NCBI GenBank assembly: GCA_002794465.1
Contig: MTSL01000112.1
Span: forward strand, 28,173 to 60,172
Length of the DNA: 32,000 bases
From: Paramicrosporidium saccamoebae KSL3
Lineage: Eukaryota; Fungi; Cryptomycota
Reading direction: 5' to 3'
Below the pieces are notes generated by a model. The model did no database searches and was not told where the DNA came from. It worked only from the letters and a program-made list of their open reading frames with translations. A program made the position numbers and the translations under genes. Of the stretch, positions 21,417 through 30,659 are shown in pieces; within the stretch, counting starts at the first letter, position 1; each line of letters begins with the position of its first letter.

Positions 21417-22117
21417 CTATTTATTGTGTACGAGCAGCGTCCAAATGTCCTTCCAATGGTCGCTGTCGTTGTAGAGGTATTGCATACTCGACTGGAGGGA
21501 AGATTGAAGAGTGTGGCGATGGTGACGAAAAAGGTACATTACAAACCCCCAAACCAACGTGGCCTCGATCGCAAACCCGTGTTGGCTTGGAATCTTGGTT
21601 CCTCCATAGCTCAGCTGGTGGGGGTTGGGAGTTGTGATTCTTTCATAGCCTAGCTTGACTAGCCCCGTCAACACCCTCGACAGCAAATACAGGACAATCT
21701 ACACTTGTCAGAAATCTTTTTTATGAAAACCTGGTTATTAACAGAGTTATCAGCAGAGAATATAAGGCCGCCACCAATGCAACCTGCCAGGAACGAATGC
21801 CACTCTGATTCGCCACGCAAGGCTCTCCGCAGAAACACGAGAACCCCTTTGTAGATGGCCACAAATCGGGCCAAGTTCCAGGCATGCGTTTTGGTCAAAT
21901 CACACACGACCCCAAGCTTTTCCCAGAATCTACAATTTCAGTGTTTGGAGTACGCGCGGTACGGCTCAGAGCGGAACAGAAAAGTCATCACGAAGGCGTG
22001 CGGAAAGCGGAGTTTTGTGCCGTAGACTAGACCGTTCCGAAAGCCTTTTAGCACGCCCAACAAGTCACGCAACAGTCCATCCACGGACCCAACATACAGG
22101 TCCAGCACCTCTAGCAT
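21417..22117 (-). CDS. PXMP4: Peroxisomal membrane protein 4 (PMP24, Tim17 family); complement(join(21417..21698,21731..21929,21963..22117)), 211 aa
   Basis: KGFRNGLVYGTKLRFPHAFVMTFLFR, HAWNLARFV..YK, YLLSRVL, LQSSLQSSMQYLY.DS. Introns of 33 and 32 nt. Confidence 0.92.
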
Positions 22118-22187
22118 GACTAAAAATAATGTATATTCTTTATTATGGGCACAAGGATAATAGGGTCTATTGATTGACAAATTAGTA

Positions 22188-22360
22188 TTCCTAAAGCGTG
22201 TGGATTTTTTACAAGCAGCCGCCCTTAATATGATTGAGATGACTTGTAGGATCGCTATCTGAGTCGGATTTACCAATTATAAACAGATTGGTTTTGTTAA
22301 AGACGCCTTTACAGGTTGCCATCCTCGGTGCGGCTGGATTGTGGGTTATTTATCAGGACC
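22188..22360 (-). repeat. Dispersed repeat family 1, copy C (about 1.5 units)
   Basis: aagcagcc...ggatcgctatctgagtcggatttaccaat...aaagacgccttta...tatttatcagg aligns with copies A, B, D and E. Confidence 0.75.
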
Positions 22361-22374
22361 ACCAATCATAAGAG

Positions 22375-22523
22375 TGTCGTGTAGTGGAGATAATACCACA
22401 GACGGGAAGGGGGTTGTTCACTGCTAATCCTAGAATAGTATGGATACAAATCTCACTGTCCTCAAATACCCAGCAACTAATCAACCCTCTACGTCAAATA
22501 CCCAACTAATCAACCCTATACGT
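22375..22523. repeat. Dispersed repeat family 2, copy 2, with an internal 2-unit array
   Basis: Near-identical to 10595-10755 and in the same orientation; directly abuts family 1 copy C. Confidence 0.9.
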
Positions 22524-22576
22524 CAAAAGGGGATACTTGAACAGGGTCTCTGATTAACGATCAATGAAACTCACAT

Positions 22577-23563
22577 TTATTGTTGTTTTAGCTTTTTTGT
22601 GAGCTCTGGGAGGATCGTAAACAGATCACCTACCAGTCCATAGTCGGCAAATTGGAAAATGGGCGCATCCGGATCTTTGTTGATTGCAATAATGGTCTTG
22701 CTGTCTTTCATGCCCGCAACATGCTGTATCGCTCCTGAAATACCGATCGCAATGTACAATTTTGGAGCCACCACCTTGCCAGTCTGTCCCACCTGTAGGT
22801 CATTTGCCACATAGCCTGCATCTACTGCCGCCCTCGATGCACCGACTGCAGCCCCTAAAGTATCAGCCAGCTCGTAGATTAGCTTGAAATTATCGGCGCT
22901 CTTGAGAGCACGTCCTCCAGAGACTACAATCGTGGCTGCCCCAAGATCAGGACGATCTGATTTGCTCAGTTCCTCACTCTCCCACTTTGTCAGCATTTCG
23001 GCCGGTTCAGCTTTGTATTCCTCTATCGGTACTTGTGCAGTTGCCATCTCATCCAACTTGAAGGCAGTCGGCCTTACGGTAACAATGTTAATAGATCCGC
23101 TAGTTTTTACCGTGGTGATGGCATTTCCCGCATATATCGGCCGCACAAATGTGCTCCCGTCAACAACTTCTGTCACATCAGCCACTGGAGCAATGCCCTC
23201 TTCATCCTGCGCTAACAGTCCAGCCATCCTGGGCAGAATGTTCTTCCCAATAGAAGTGTGGGCTGCCCACCAGTGCGAGAAGCCGTGTTGTTTCTGCAAT
23301 GCTACCAAGAGTGGTGCGGTCACTTCTGGAAGCAATTTTTCATAGTTTGGATGTGTAGCTAAGATGACCTTTGTCAATCCAGAAAGTTTCTTTGCCTCCT
23401 CAATTACAGGCGATGTTGCATTGTCAACAGCCAAAACTCCGACCGCCTCACCGCCTGCCTTTCTTGCCGCTGCAATTGCCGCCAGATTTGCCGTGGCCAG
23501 TTTTCCTTTAGCGTGTTCTAAGAATATTGCTGATGAAATTTGCCGTCTCCATATACGAAACAT
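22577..23563 (-). CDS. ETFA: Electron transfer flavoprotein alpha subunit
   Basis: [75 protein letters not shown]. Confidence 0.97.
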   Translation of the reverse strand: MFRIWRRQISSAIFLEHAKGKLATANLAAIAAARKAGGEAVGVLAVDNATSPVIEEAKKLSGLTKVILATHPNYEKLLPEVTAPLLVALQKQHGFSHWWAAHTSIGKNILPRMAGLLAQDEEGIAPVADVTEVVDGSTFVRPIYAGNAITTVKTSGSINIVTVRPTAFKLDEMATAQVPIEEYKAEPAEMLTKWESEELSKSDRPDLGAATIVVSGGRALKSADNFKLIYELADTLGAAVGASRAAVDAGYVANDLQVGQTGKVVAPKLYIAIGISGAIQHVAGMKDSKTIIAINKDPDAPIFQFADYGLVGDLFTILPELTKKLKQQ

Positions 23564-23652
23564 GGTGACCGTGTCCTATGGACGTTAGTATAGACGAACC
23601 AGGGACCCCATAACAAAGACTTTCACACTACAAGCACAATTTACTTGTTACT

Positions 23653-25029
23653 CTAATGACGAGATGAGGCTAATTTGTCTCTTCGTTTCTTTACATGTTT
23701 CGGGGTCTTTGTCTTGCGGCGTTCCTTCTTCTCTGCCTTGACCTTGATCTTGTTTTCTTTCCTCAATTTCTTAATCTCTTCCTTACTCAATGGGCTTGAA
23801 TTTTCCAAACTATCCGTTTCATCTGGATTATCCGACTCGTCAGAATCATCCGAGTCACCAGTGTCGTTTGTCTCGTCAGAGTCGCTGGTATCGATATCTA
23901 GACCCATAAGCTTTGTGTAGAGCAGATTCTCGGTATCACCGGCCTGCATACAATCCACATCTCTCTCAATGTCAATAACTTCATCCAATGTTCTCGGAAT
24001 ATACGAATCCTTAAAGACTCGCTCTTCCACTTGATCTTGCGCATTGTCAGCAACAAGTTCCTCTTGGGACGCCTCATGTGCTCGTTGCAAATACTGCTCA
24101 AGATCGTTCGCCTTTAGATCGTAATCTGTCACAAAGTCAAACAGCCTCCTTAGCGTCAAGGTCTGCACTTGGTATTGTCTAAAGAACGAAATGACATTTC
24201 CACAATCATGACGTAAGAAATCCAATGCCCGCGGATGATCGTGCTCCACTGATTGCGACACGTCAATAATCACCAACTGTCCCTCATTAACCAACATATT
24301 GTACTCGCTCAGATCAGCGTGCACCAAGTGACATTCCTGGTACATGATGCGCATAATTCTGATGCACTGGTCGTACAACTCTATGGCCTCTTCGTATGTA
24401 ATTCTAGCGTCTTTCAGTCGGGGAGCAGGGACACCCTCCGAGTTGCCGATGAAGCTCATAAGTAGAATGTGCAACTTGAGCTGCAACGGTTCTGGTGACG
24501 GGATCCCCGCTACTTGTAAACGCTTCAGGTTACGAAACTCCTTCTCTGCCCACACCTGCACCATTTTCCTTGGGTTGTGTTTTGAATATCCCTTCCGGAA
24601 GCGGAATTCTCCCACGACGTATTTTTCACGCGACTTGAAGGTCAGGATTGTTGTCTTGTAAATCTTCAAGGCGTAATGTTCGCCAGTCTCGCCCATGGCA
24701 TGATAGACGTTTGCTTCTTTCCCAGTGCTCACACATCCGTTGATCTCGTAAATGACGTTCTTGTTGATCATTTTCAGCAAAATCATCCTCGTCCGCGGAT
24801 CTAGCACCTGCTCTGTCACTGCCCTATTGGCACGGTCTGTATACTGGTTGCGGTCCTTGTCCAGTTTTGGGTTGTTCAGCATGGCATAATGCTTTCCAGT
24901 GTCGTCGTTCAAGTTTATTCTCGCAGCAAGCCGTTCCAGATTCACTCCACCAGCGCCCACACGTCCCTCCTCTTTATTCAAGAGCTGCTCTTCAAGCTCA
25001 TCCAGGGAGTATTCACCTTCGGACGACAT
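23653..25029 (-). CDS. RIO1: Atypical Ser/Thr kinase Rio1
   Basis: TEQVLDPRTRMIL, STGKEANVYHA, WAEKEFRNLKRL, LVHADLSEYN, IDVSQSVEHDHP and a basic tail (KVKAEKKERRKTKTPKHVKK). Confidence 0.97.
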   Translation of the reverse strand: MSSEGEYSLDELEEQLLNKEEGRVGAGGVNLERLAARINLNDDTGKHYAMLNNPKLDKDRNQYTDRANRAVTEQVLDPRTRMILLKMINKNVIYEINGCVSTGKEANVYHAMGETGEHYALKIYKTTILTFKSREKYVVGEFRFRKGYSKHNPRKMVQVWAEKEFRNLKRLQVAGIPSPEPLQLKLHILLMSFIGNSEGVPAPRLKDARITYEEAIELYDQCIRIMRIMYQECHLVHADLSEYNMLVNEGQLVIIDVSQSVEHDHPRALDFLRHDCGNVISFFRQYQVQTLTLRRLFDFVTDYDLKANDLEQYLQRAHEASQEELVADNAQDQVEERVFKDSYIPRTLDEVIDIERDVDCMQAGDTENLLYTKLMGLDIDTSDSDETNDTGDSDDSDESDNPDETDSLENSSPLSKEEIKKLRKENKIKVKAEKKERRKTKTPKHVKKRRDKLASSRH

Positions 25030-25055
25030 TTTCGCGTACCCTGGTACTACCGAAC

Positions 25056-25838
25056 ATGAAAGTGGTTGCCCTAATCAGGCAAGTCTCATCATGAATATAA
25101 TTTAACAACCTCTGTAGTGGCGGAAAGGACAGCACATATAACATGATGAGGTGTGTCCAGGAAGGACACGAGATTGTAGCCCTAGCCAATCTGTATCCCA
25201 CAGAGAGCGAAGAGCTGGACAGCTACATGTATCAAAGCGTCGGACACGATGCCATCGTCGCTTATGCTGAATGTCTCAACCTTCCCCTCTATCGACGTGC
25301 CATCAGCGGCAGGCCAGTAAACCTGGAGTACGACTATGCACCAACGGAGCGAGACGAGGTGGAGGATCTGTATGAACTATTGGTCCAGGTACAGCGAGAG
25401 CACCCAGATGTGCAGGGTGTCTCCTCTGGCGCCATCCTATCGACATATCAGAAGAACAGAGTGGAGAATATTTGTCTTCGGCTTGGGATGACCTCTCTTG
25501 CCTATCTATGGGCTGCTGAACAGCACACCCTTCTCCAGGACATGATTGACTCTCAGCTGCAGGCCATTATCATCAAAGTTGCCGTCTTTGGACTCGACAA
25601 GAACGATCTTGGCAAATCTCTGGCCGAGCTGCAGCCCAAGTTGGTAAATCTGGCTGGAAAGTTTGGAATTAATGTGTGCGGGGAAGGTGGCGAATTCGAG
25701 TCACTGACCTTGGACTGTCCCCTATTTAAGAGACGACTTGTAATTGATGAAACAACTACAGTCATACACAAAGAAAGTGAATCTGCTCAAGTTGCATATT
25801 TAAAGATCACAAAATGGCATCTGGAGGAAAAGCAATAG
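25056..25838 (+). CDS. DPH6: Diphthine-ammonia ligase; join(25056..25078,25118..25838), 247 aa, GC-AG intron
   Basis: Splicing 25079-25117 restores the PP-loop MKVVALISGGKDSTYNMM. Also ELDSYMYQSVG, GAILSTYQKNRVE and CGEGGEFESLTLDCPLFK. Confidence 0.93.
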
Positions 25839-25943
25839 ACTAGTAAAGTGGTAAAGTAATAGAGTAGAGTTATTGTAATGATGATGTAATACTAGCTGTA
25901 AAGACTGAAGGACCCCTAGTCCACCATGTGCTCAATCACGAGT

Positions 25944-26462
25944 TTAGATTCCAGTGGAACCAAATCCACCGGCACCACGAACAGTCTCATCCAAATCCTA
26001 CGAGATTAGCAAAATGGTGCTGAATACCTCAACGACTTCAACGGGCGGTGTGGAGATTTGCTCAAGAATCAACTGAGCAATCCGATCTCCCTTTTTTATC
26101 TCAAAGGATACTTCATTGAAATTGAACAGGATCACCCCCAGCGGTCCTCTGTAGTCTTCGTCAATGACACCTGCTCCCACATCAATAAAGTGTTTGTGTG
26201 CCAGTCCTGAGCGCGGGGCCACACGTCCGTAATGGCCCGCCGGTATCGCCAACGAAATGTCAGTCGCCACCAGTCCTTTGCCCTTGGCGGGGATTGTAGT
26301 GTCAACGGCACTGAAGAGGTCGTACCCAGCCGACGATGCAGTACCGCGCTCTGGAGCGCGACCATTCTCGCTCAACTTTTTGATACGGAGAGCAGCAGTG
26401 GTGGGCTTTTGGATGGAAGAATCAACTGCGGGCGTCATTTTGGCGCGTTTCGGACTTGGCAT
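25944..26462 (-). CDS. DUT1: dUTP pyrophosphatase; complement(join(25944..25997,26028..26462)), 162 aa
   Basis: [35 protein letters not shown]. The 30-nt intron 25998-26027 separates motif 5 ([13 protein letters not shown]). Confidence 0.97.
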
Positions 26463-26659
26463 TAATTAATTATTTGTTGCCCTGAAGGAGGTTCGTAAAT
26501 TCATGGCCAGAACAATTGCTGGCTTGAAGTCGTAGCCCCTTAATCACCTCTGATACAAGAACAACTACACTGTTTCTGTAATAGCAAATAGTTAGTGGCA
26601 CAATCTGAAATTCAGGTGCTGACTCGAAATCGGCATGCACCGACTGACCGGGGATTGCT

Positions 26660-28334
26660 ATGACTCGGTTACTCGAAGACGACGGACAAGTGGATTTCAA
26701 GATCAACACAAAGTTTGCTGAAAAGTACCAGGAGAAGAAGAAGAAGGAAGAGTTGTCCATCCGTATGTTGTATCAGGAGTATTAAATGTTTAGTGGAGGA
26801 CAAGTACAAGGCCAAGCTGGCATCCAAGGGAGTAAAGCTGACATCCCACGGTGCTGTAGATGATGACGAAGAGTACAGCAGCACTGATAGTGAAGAGGAT
26901 GTGGTGGAGGATGAAGATGGAGAACTCGTAACACCGGCAGTCGAGGCGCAAATCTTGAGAACGTTGGCAGAGATCCGTTCTCGTGATGGCAAGATTTACG
27001 ATCCAAATATCAAGTTCTTCTCTCCCGAAGAGCTCCAGAAGGCAGAGGCAGAGTGGAAGGAGAAGAAGAAACATTTAAGGAAGGAGAAGCCGCTCAAGAT
27101 AAAGGATTTTCATAGAGAAAAACTGCTAAAGGGTCAGGCTGACAGTTCCGAAGAAGAGGAGCCAGTAGTCAAGACTCACGAGGAGGAACAGACCGATCTT
27201 TTAAAGGAGTTTAAAATGGCTGCAAATGCTGCCAACGATCAGGACGACGATGGTTTATTGACGATTAGACCCAAAACTGAACAAGAAGTTGCCCGTGAGG
27301 ATGAAGAGTACAAGAATTTTCTTTTGGAAAACTTGGCCAGCAATGAGAACGCTCGAGAGAATATGAGTGAATGGTTTGGCACTGCCTCGGGCCGCACCGC
27401 AGTCACAAACGATGAAAGCTTTCTCATTGAATATGTGCTGAACCGCGGATGGGTGGATAAGGACCGCAAGGCTATCCCAAGTTATGAGGAGATTATCGCC
27501 GAGGACGAGGAGGATGCCGACGCAGTGGACAAGATGGAAGAATTTGAGGAAAAGTACAATTTCCGATATGAGCAACCCGGAGGTGATCAGATTGTCACTT
27601 ATTCGCGTCAAATTGATGGATCCATGCGTCGTGAGGAGAGTAAGCGGAAGGAACAGCGTGCAGCTCACAAATTACGAAAGGACGAAGAGAAAGAGCGCCA
27701 GAGAGAGGAGCTAAAGAGACTGAAGAATCTAAAGAAGCAAGAGATTCAGGAAAAGTTGAAACGGATTCAGGAAATCTCTGGAACCAGCAAGCCCATCCAA
27801 GTTGATCTGGAAAGTGACTTTGATGCTGAGAGCCATGACAAAAAGATGGGGCTTTTATTCGATGACGAGTACTATAAAAACGACGACGAATCGAAGCCTG
27901 TTTGGACCGAATCAGAAGATGAAGAGCCAGTCAGTGAGGCACAAGCCAAAGTTCTGAGAAAGGCTGCCAAGTCGATTGCCAAACTTGCTAAAAAGGCTGC
28001 CGAGGAGGATAGACAACAAAAAATGAGTGAATACCTCGACGAATACTATCAACTTGACTATGAGGATATGATTGGTGGTGAGATTCCCTGTCGATTCAAA
28101 TATCAAAAAGTAAAGGCCACCACGTTTGGCCTAAAGGTGCGCGACCTTATTACAGCGGATGATGCAGATCTCAATTCGCACGTTTCGCTAAAGAAGTTGG
28201 CGCCGTATCGGCCGGCAGAGGTGCTGGAGGCGGACGAGGCGCGACTAGGTCACAAGAAGCGAGTGTACAAGTTTTATGATCTTGTCAGAAAGGATGGCCC
28301 CAAGACGTCAGTTCCAAAGAAAAAAAAGCAATAG
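26660..28334 (+). CDS. KRI1: 40S biogenesis protein Kri1; join(26660..26762,26794..28334), 547 aa
   Basis: FKINTKFAEKY...EELSILEDKY across a 31-nt intron. Also IYDPNIKFF, FLIEYVLNRGW, EFEEKYNFRYEQP, LDYEDMIGG.IPCRFKY and L...VSLKKLAPYR. Confidence 0.92.
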
Positions 28335-28371
28335 ATTTAAATAATACAGTGCAAATGTTATGCTGACCATA

Positions 28372-28620
28372 ATGGATCTGTTATACAGTGTCTGCATATC
28401 ATTATTGGTGACTCCGACTCAAATAGCGATCCCATAAGCCGCATAGTCTAACGGAATTATTTCGCTCACCAACAAAGTCTTTGCCGATTAGATCATATTG
28501 GTGCACGAGAGTATGTCCTTATTAAAGGCGTCTTTATGGGTCTCCATCCTCAAGATGATTAAATTGGGGGATATATATCTAGGCCGGGTTCGTCAATAAT
28601 AAGTGGATACTGTTTAAAAG
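28372..28620. repeat. Dispersed repeat family 1, copies D (+, about 28372-28436) and E (-, about 28516-28620) in convergent inverted arrangement
   Basis: D: ttattggtgactccgactcaaatagcgatcc is the reverse complement of the A/C core. E: caataataagtggatactgttta and aaaggcgtcttta match A and C. Confidence 0.72.
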
Positions 28621-28704
28621 ATTATTTAGTCTGACCATAATTCTGTGACAAATATATTCAAGGGGTTCTGCCATGCCCATATAGATCTGTTGGAAAGACT
28701 CCCC

Positions 28705-28766
28705 GGTCGACATATACGGGTCGACATACTGGTTGACACACTGGTCAACATACTAGTCGATATATT
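28705..28766. repeat. 12-bp tandem array (5 units) ending 5 bp upstream of the SIZ-like ATG
   Basis: ggtcgacatatacg, ggtcgacatact, ggttgacacact, ggtcaacatact, agtcgatatatt. Confidence 0.8.
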
Positions 28767-28771
28767 GGCAA

Positions 28772-30349
28772 ATGTATAGCCCCCCTTGGGTAAATTATGA
28801 GCAGGCTCTTAGAGAAAACTTTCGTGATCCTTCCACAGGAGCGTACTACGATGAGAGGCAGATGCGAGAAACTTACGGGGAGGGAGGTTATACGGACGAT
28901 GAGGACGATTATGGAGAAGCCGACTACGGGTATGAAGCCAGGATTCTTGGTGGATACCATGGTCAGTATGGTGCCATAGCCCAACACCGTGACGAAACCT
29001 CTTCACAAGATTCGTGCGACCTGTACGACACGTCATACCCAATTCATGAGCTCCAAAATAACACTGAACCGCAGACTATTAAGAAACTGGTCCAAATGTG
29101 CACCATTCCCACGTTAAAGGCGATTCTGACACGATTGGGACTGGCAAAGAGTGGAAATAAGCCTGCATTAGTTGAGCGCGTATGTGCAGAGGCGGAGAAG
29201 AGACGACACGACCGGACACTGTTCAATGCGACTATGACCGCTTTTAACGAATTCTTCGCAAACTCTCGCGACGGTCGACGTCCATTTGCATTTTTGCCAA
29301 ATCCTTCCTATTCAAAGAGAGTGTTGGAGGCTAGCGCCAAGTATGCGGACCTGGACTATACTCTGCCATTTCCCTGGATACTGGAGCAGAAGCTGACACC
29401 ACCCATTCTGACATCTGCACTGAACAATCGGGATCCATTCCAGCTCGCTTTCAACAAGGAAAACGAGCCTGGTGCCAGATATCTGCTAGTCGCCCTCAAA
29501 TTGTACAGCGAGGCGGAGAGGAGGACAAAACAAAAGCCGGTTTATCGACATGCTTATTTGAAAATATTCTCATGCCACTTTTCCACATCCCGTTACGACG
29601 GCCGTTACCCAGTCAAGAAAGACCACGATATTACGCACCTTCTTAGGACGGGATCGAATCAGTGGCATATGCTGAATGTTGGCGAGTTAGCGTATCAGGA
29701 CTACTTATTGCAAATCGTCAAGGCGCGCCGTGATCTCCCCTCCTGGACGCGCACAATCAATGTAAAGAGTTCGACTGAGATATTGCGACGGTTGCATCTG
29801 GAGGCTGAGAGGGCGAATAAGGATGGGATATCGTCTCATGCGGTGACAGTGTCGCTGCGATGTCCATTGTCGCTGCAAAGAATGACCACGCCCGTCCGTT
29901 CGAAAAAGTGCAAACATGCACAATGTTTCGACCTGTCATCTGTACCACGTGATTCTGCCGGTGGGATAATGAAATGTCCCATATGCGACGTTGTCTGTCC
30001 TCCAGACTCGCTCTATATTGATGGTCTTGCCCTGGAGATGCTGCAGTCGACTGGAGACGAAATGCTTATCAATGCTGACACGGAAACCTGGAATTCAACC
30101 GAGATTAAAGCAACAACCAGTCCTGTCGATCACTCCCTAATAGATCTGACAGAGTTGCCCGATGATCCTCCTGAAGATGCGAACGCAGAGTCTGTGTTTA
30201 TCAAACCCGATCCTGGAGGAACGGAAAATGAAAATGTCTTGCCTGCCGCGGGGTTAGTCTTATTGGATGCAGAAACGGACGTTATTACGAATCCAGGAAT
30301 CCGACAAATGCTAGGAAGGACAATAAGGGATGCCATTGTTTTAGATTGA
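28772..30349 (+). CDS. SAP + SP-RING (MIZ zinc finger) SUMO E3 ligase, Siz/PIAS-like, divergent
   Basis: SAP-like TIPTLKAILTRLGLAKSGNKPALVERV; SP-RING VSLRCPLSLQRMTTPVRSKKCKHAQCFDL...KCPICD; PIAS-type SIM LIDLT followed by acidic residues. Confidence 0.82.
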   Translation: MYSPPWVNYEQALRENFRDPSTGAYYDERQMRETYGEGGYTDDEDDYGEADYGYEARILGGYHGQYGAIAQHRDETSSQDSCDLYDTSYPIHELQNNTEPQTIKKLVQMCTIPTLKAILTRLGLAKSGNKPALVERVCAEAEKRRHDRTLFNATMTAFNEFFANSRDGRRPFAFLPNPSYSKRVLEASAKYADLDYTLPFPWILEQKLTPPILTSALNNRDPFQLAFNKENEPGARYLLVALKLYSEAERRTKQKPVYRHAYLKIFSCHFSTSRYDGRYPVKKDHDITHLLRTGSNQWHMLNVGELAYQDYLLQIVKARRDLPSWTRTINVKSSTEILRRLHLEAERANKDGISSHAVTVSLRCPLSLQRMTTPVRSKKCKHAQCFDLSSVPRDSAGGIMKCPICDVVCPPDSLYIDGLALEMLQSTGDEMLINADTETWNSTEIKATTSPVDHSLIDLTELPDDPPEDANAESVFIKPDPGGTENENVLPAAGLVLLDAETDVITNPGIRQMLGRTIRDAIVLD

Positions 30350-30390
30350 GATGAGATGGGGTGAGACGAGATGAGACGAGATGAGATGAG
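30348..30390. repeat. Imperfect (GAGAY)n pentanucleotide microsatellite
   Basis: gagatgagatggggtgagacgagatgagacgagatgagatgag, starting within the SIZ-like stop codon. Confidence 0.8.
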
Positions 30391-30659
30391 TTGTGTAAAA
30401 ATTATTTTATGGTGATAACCGTGGGGTGAATAATCGTGGAATGGACAATGAAACACGCCACCACGCAAACACGCAATTACGCAACCATGTAATCACGCAA
30501 CCCCCCATCCTACCCCAAAAGACTATTACAGTGTTTTTCATGTCCAGATAAAGGGTTTTTGAATATGTACATACATGGGTTATGGGGATGTTACTGCTCA
30601 AAATGGACAACATTTCCTAAAAAGACGATATAACCAATGTGTTTACGGGGTGCAATGCC

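Noticed and set aside
22118-22276. Extended PXMP4 N-terminus from the ORF-track start at 22276
   Set aside because: That start is a TTG inside repeat copy C. Homology to PXMP4 and the expected length fit ATG 22117.
26463-26659. Possible structured ncRNA in the DUT1/KRI1 spacer (gccag...ctggc and gcac...ctga/tcag...gtgc hairpins)
   Set aside because: The stems are short and weak, and I see no tRNA, snRNA or snoRNA box motifs. It would need an Infernal/Rfam search.
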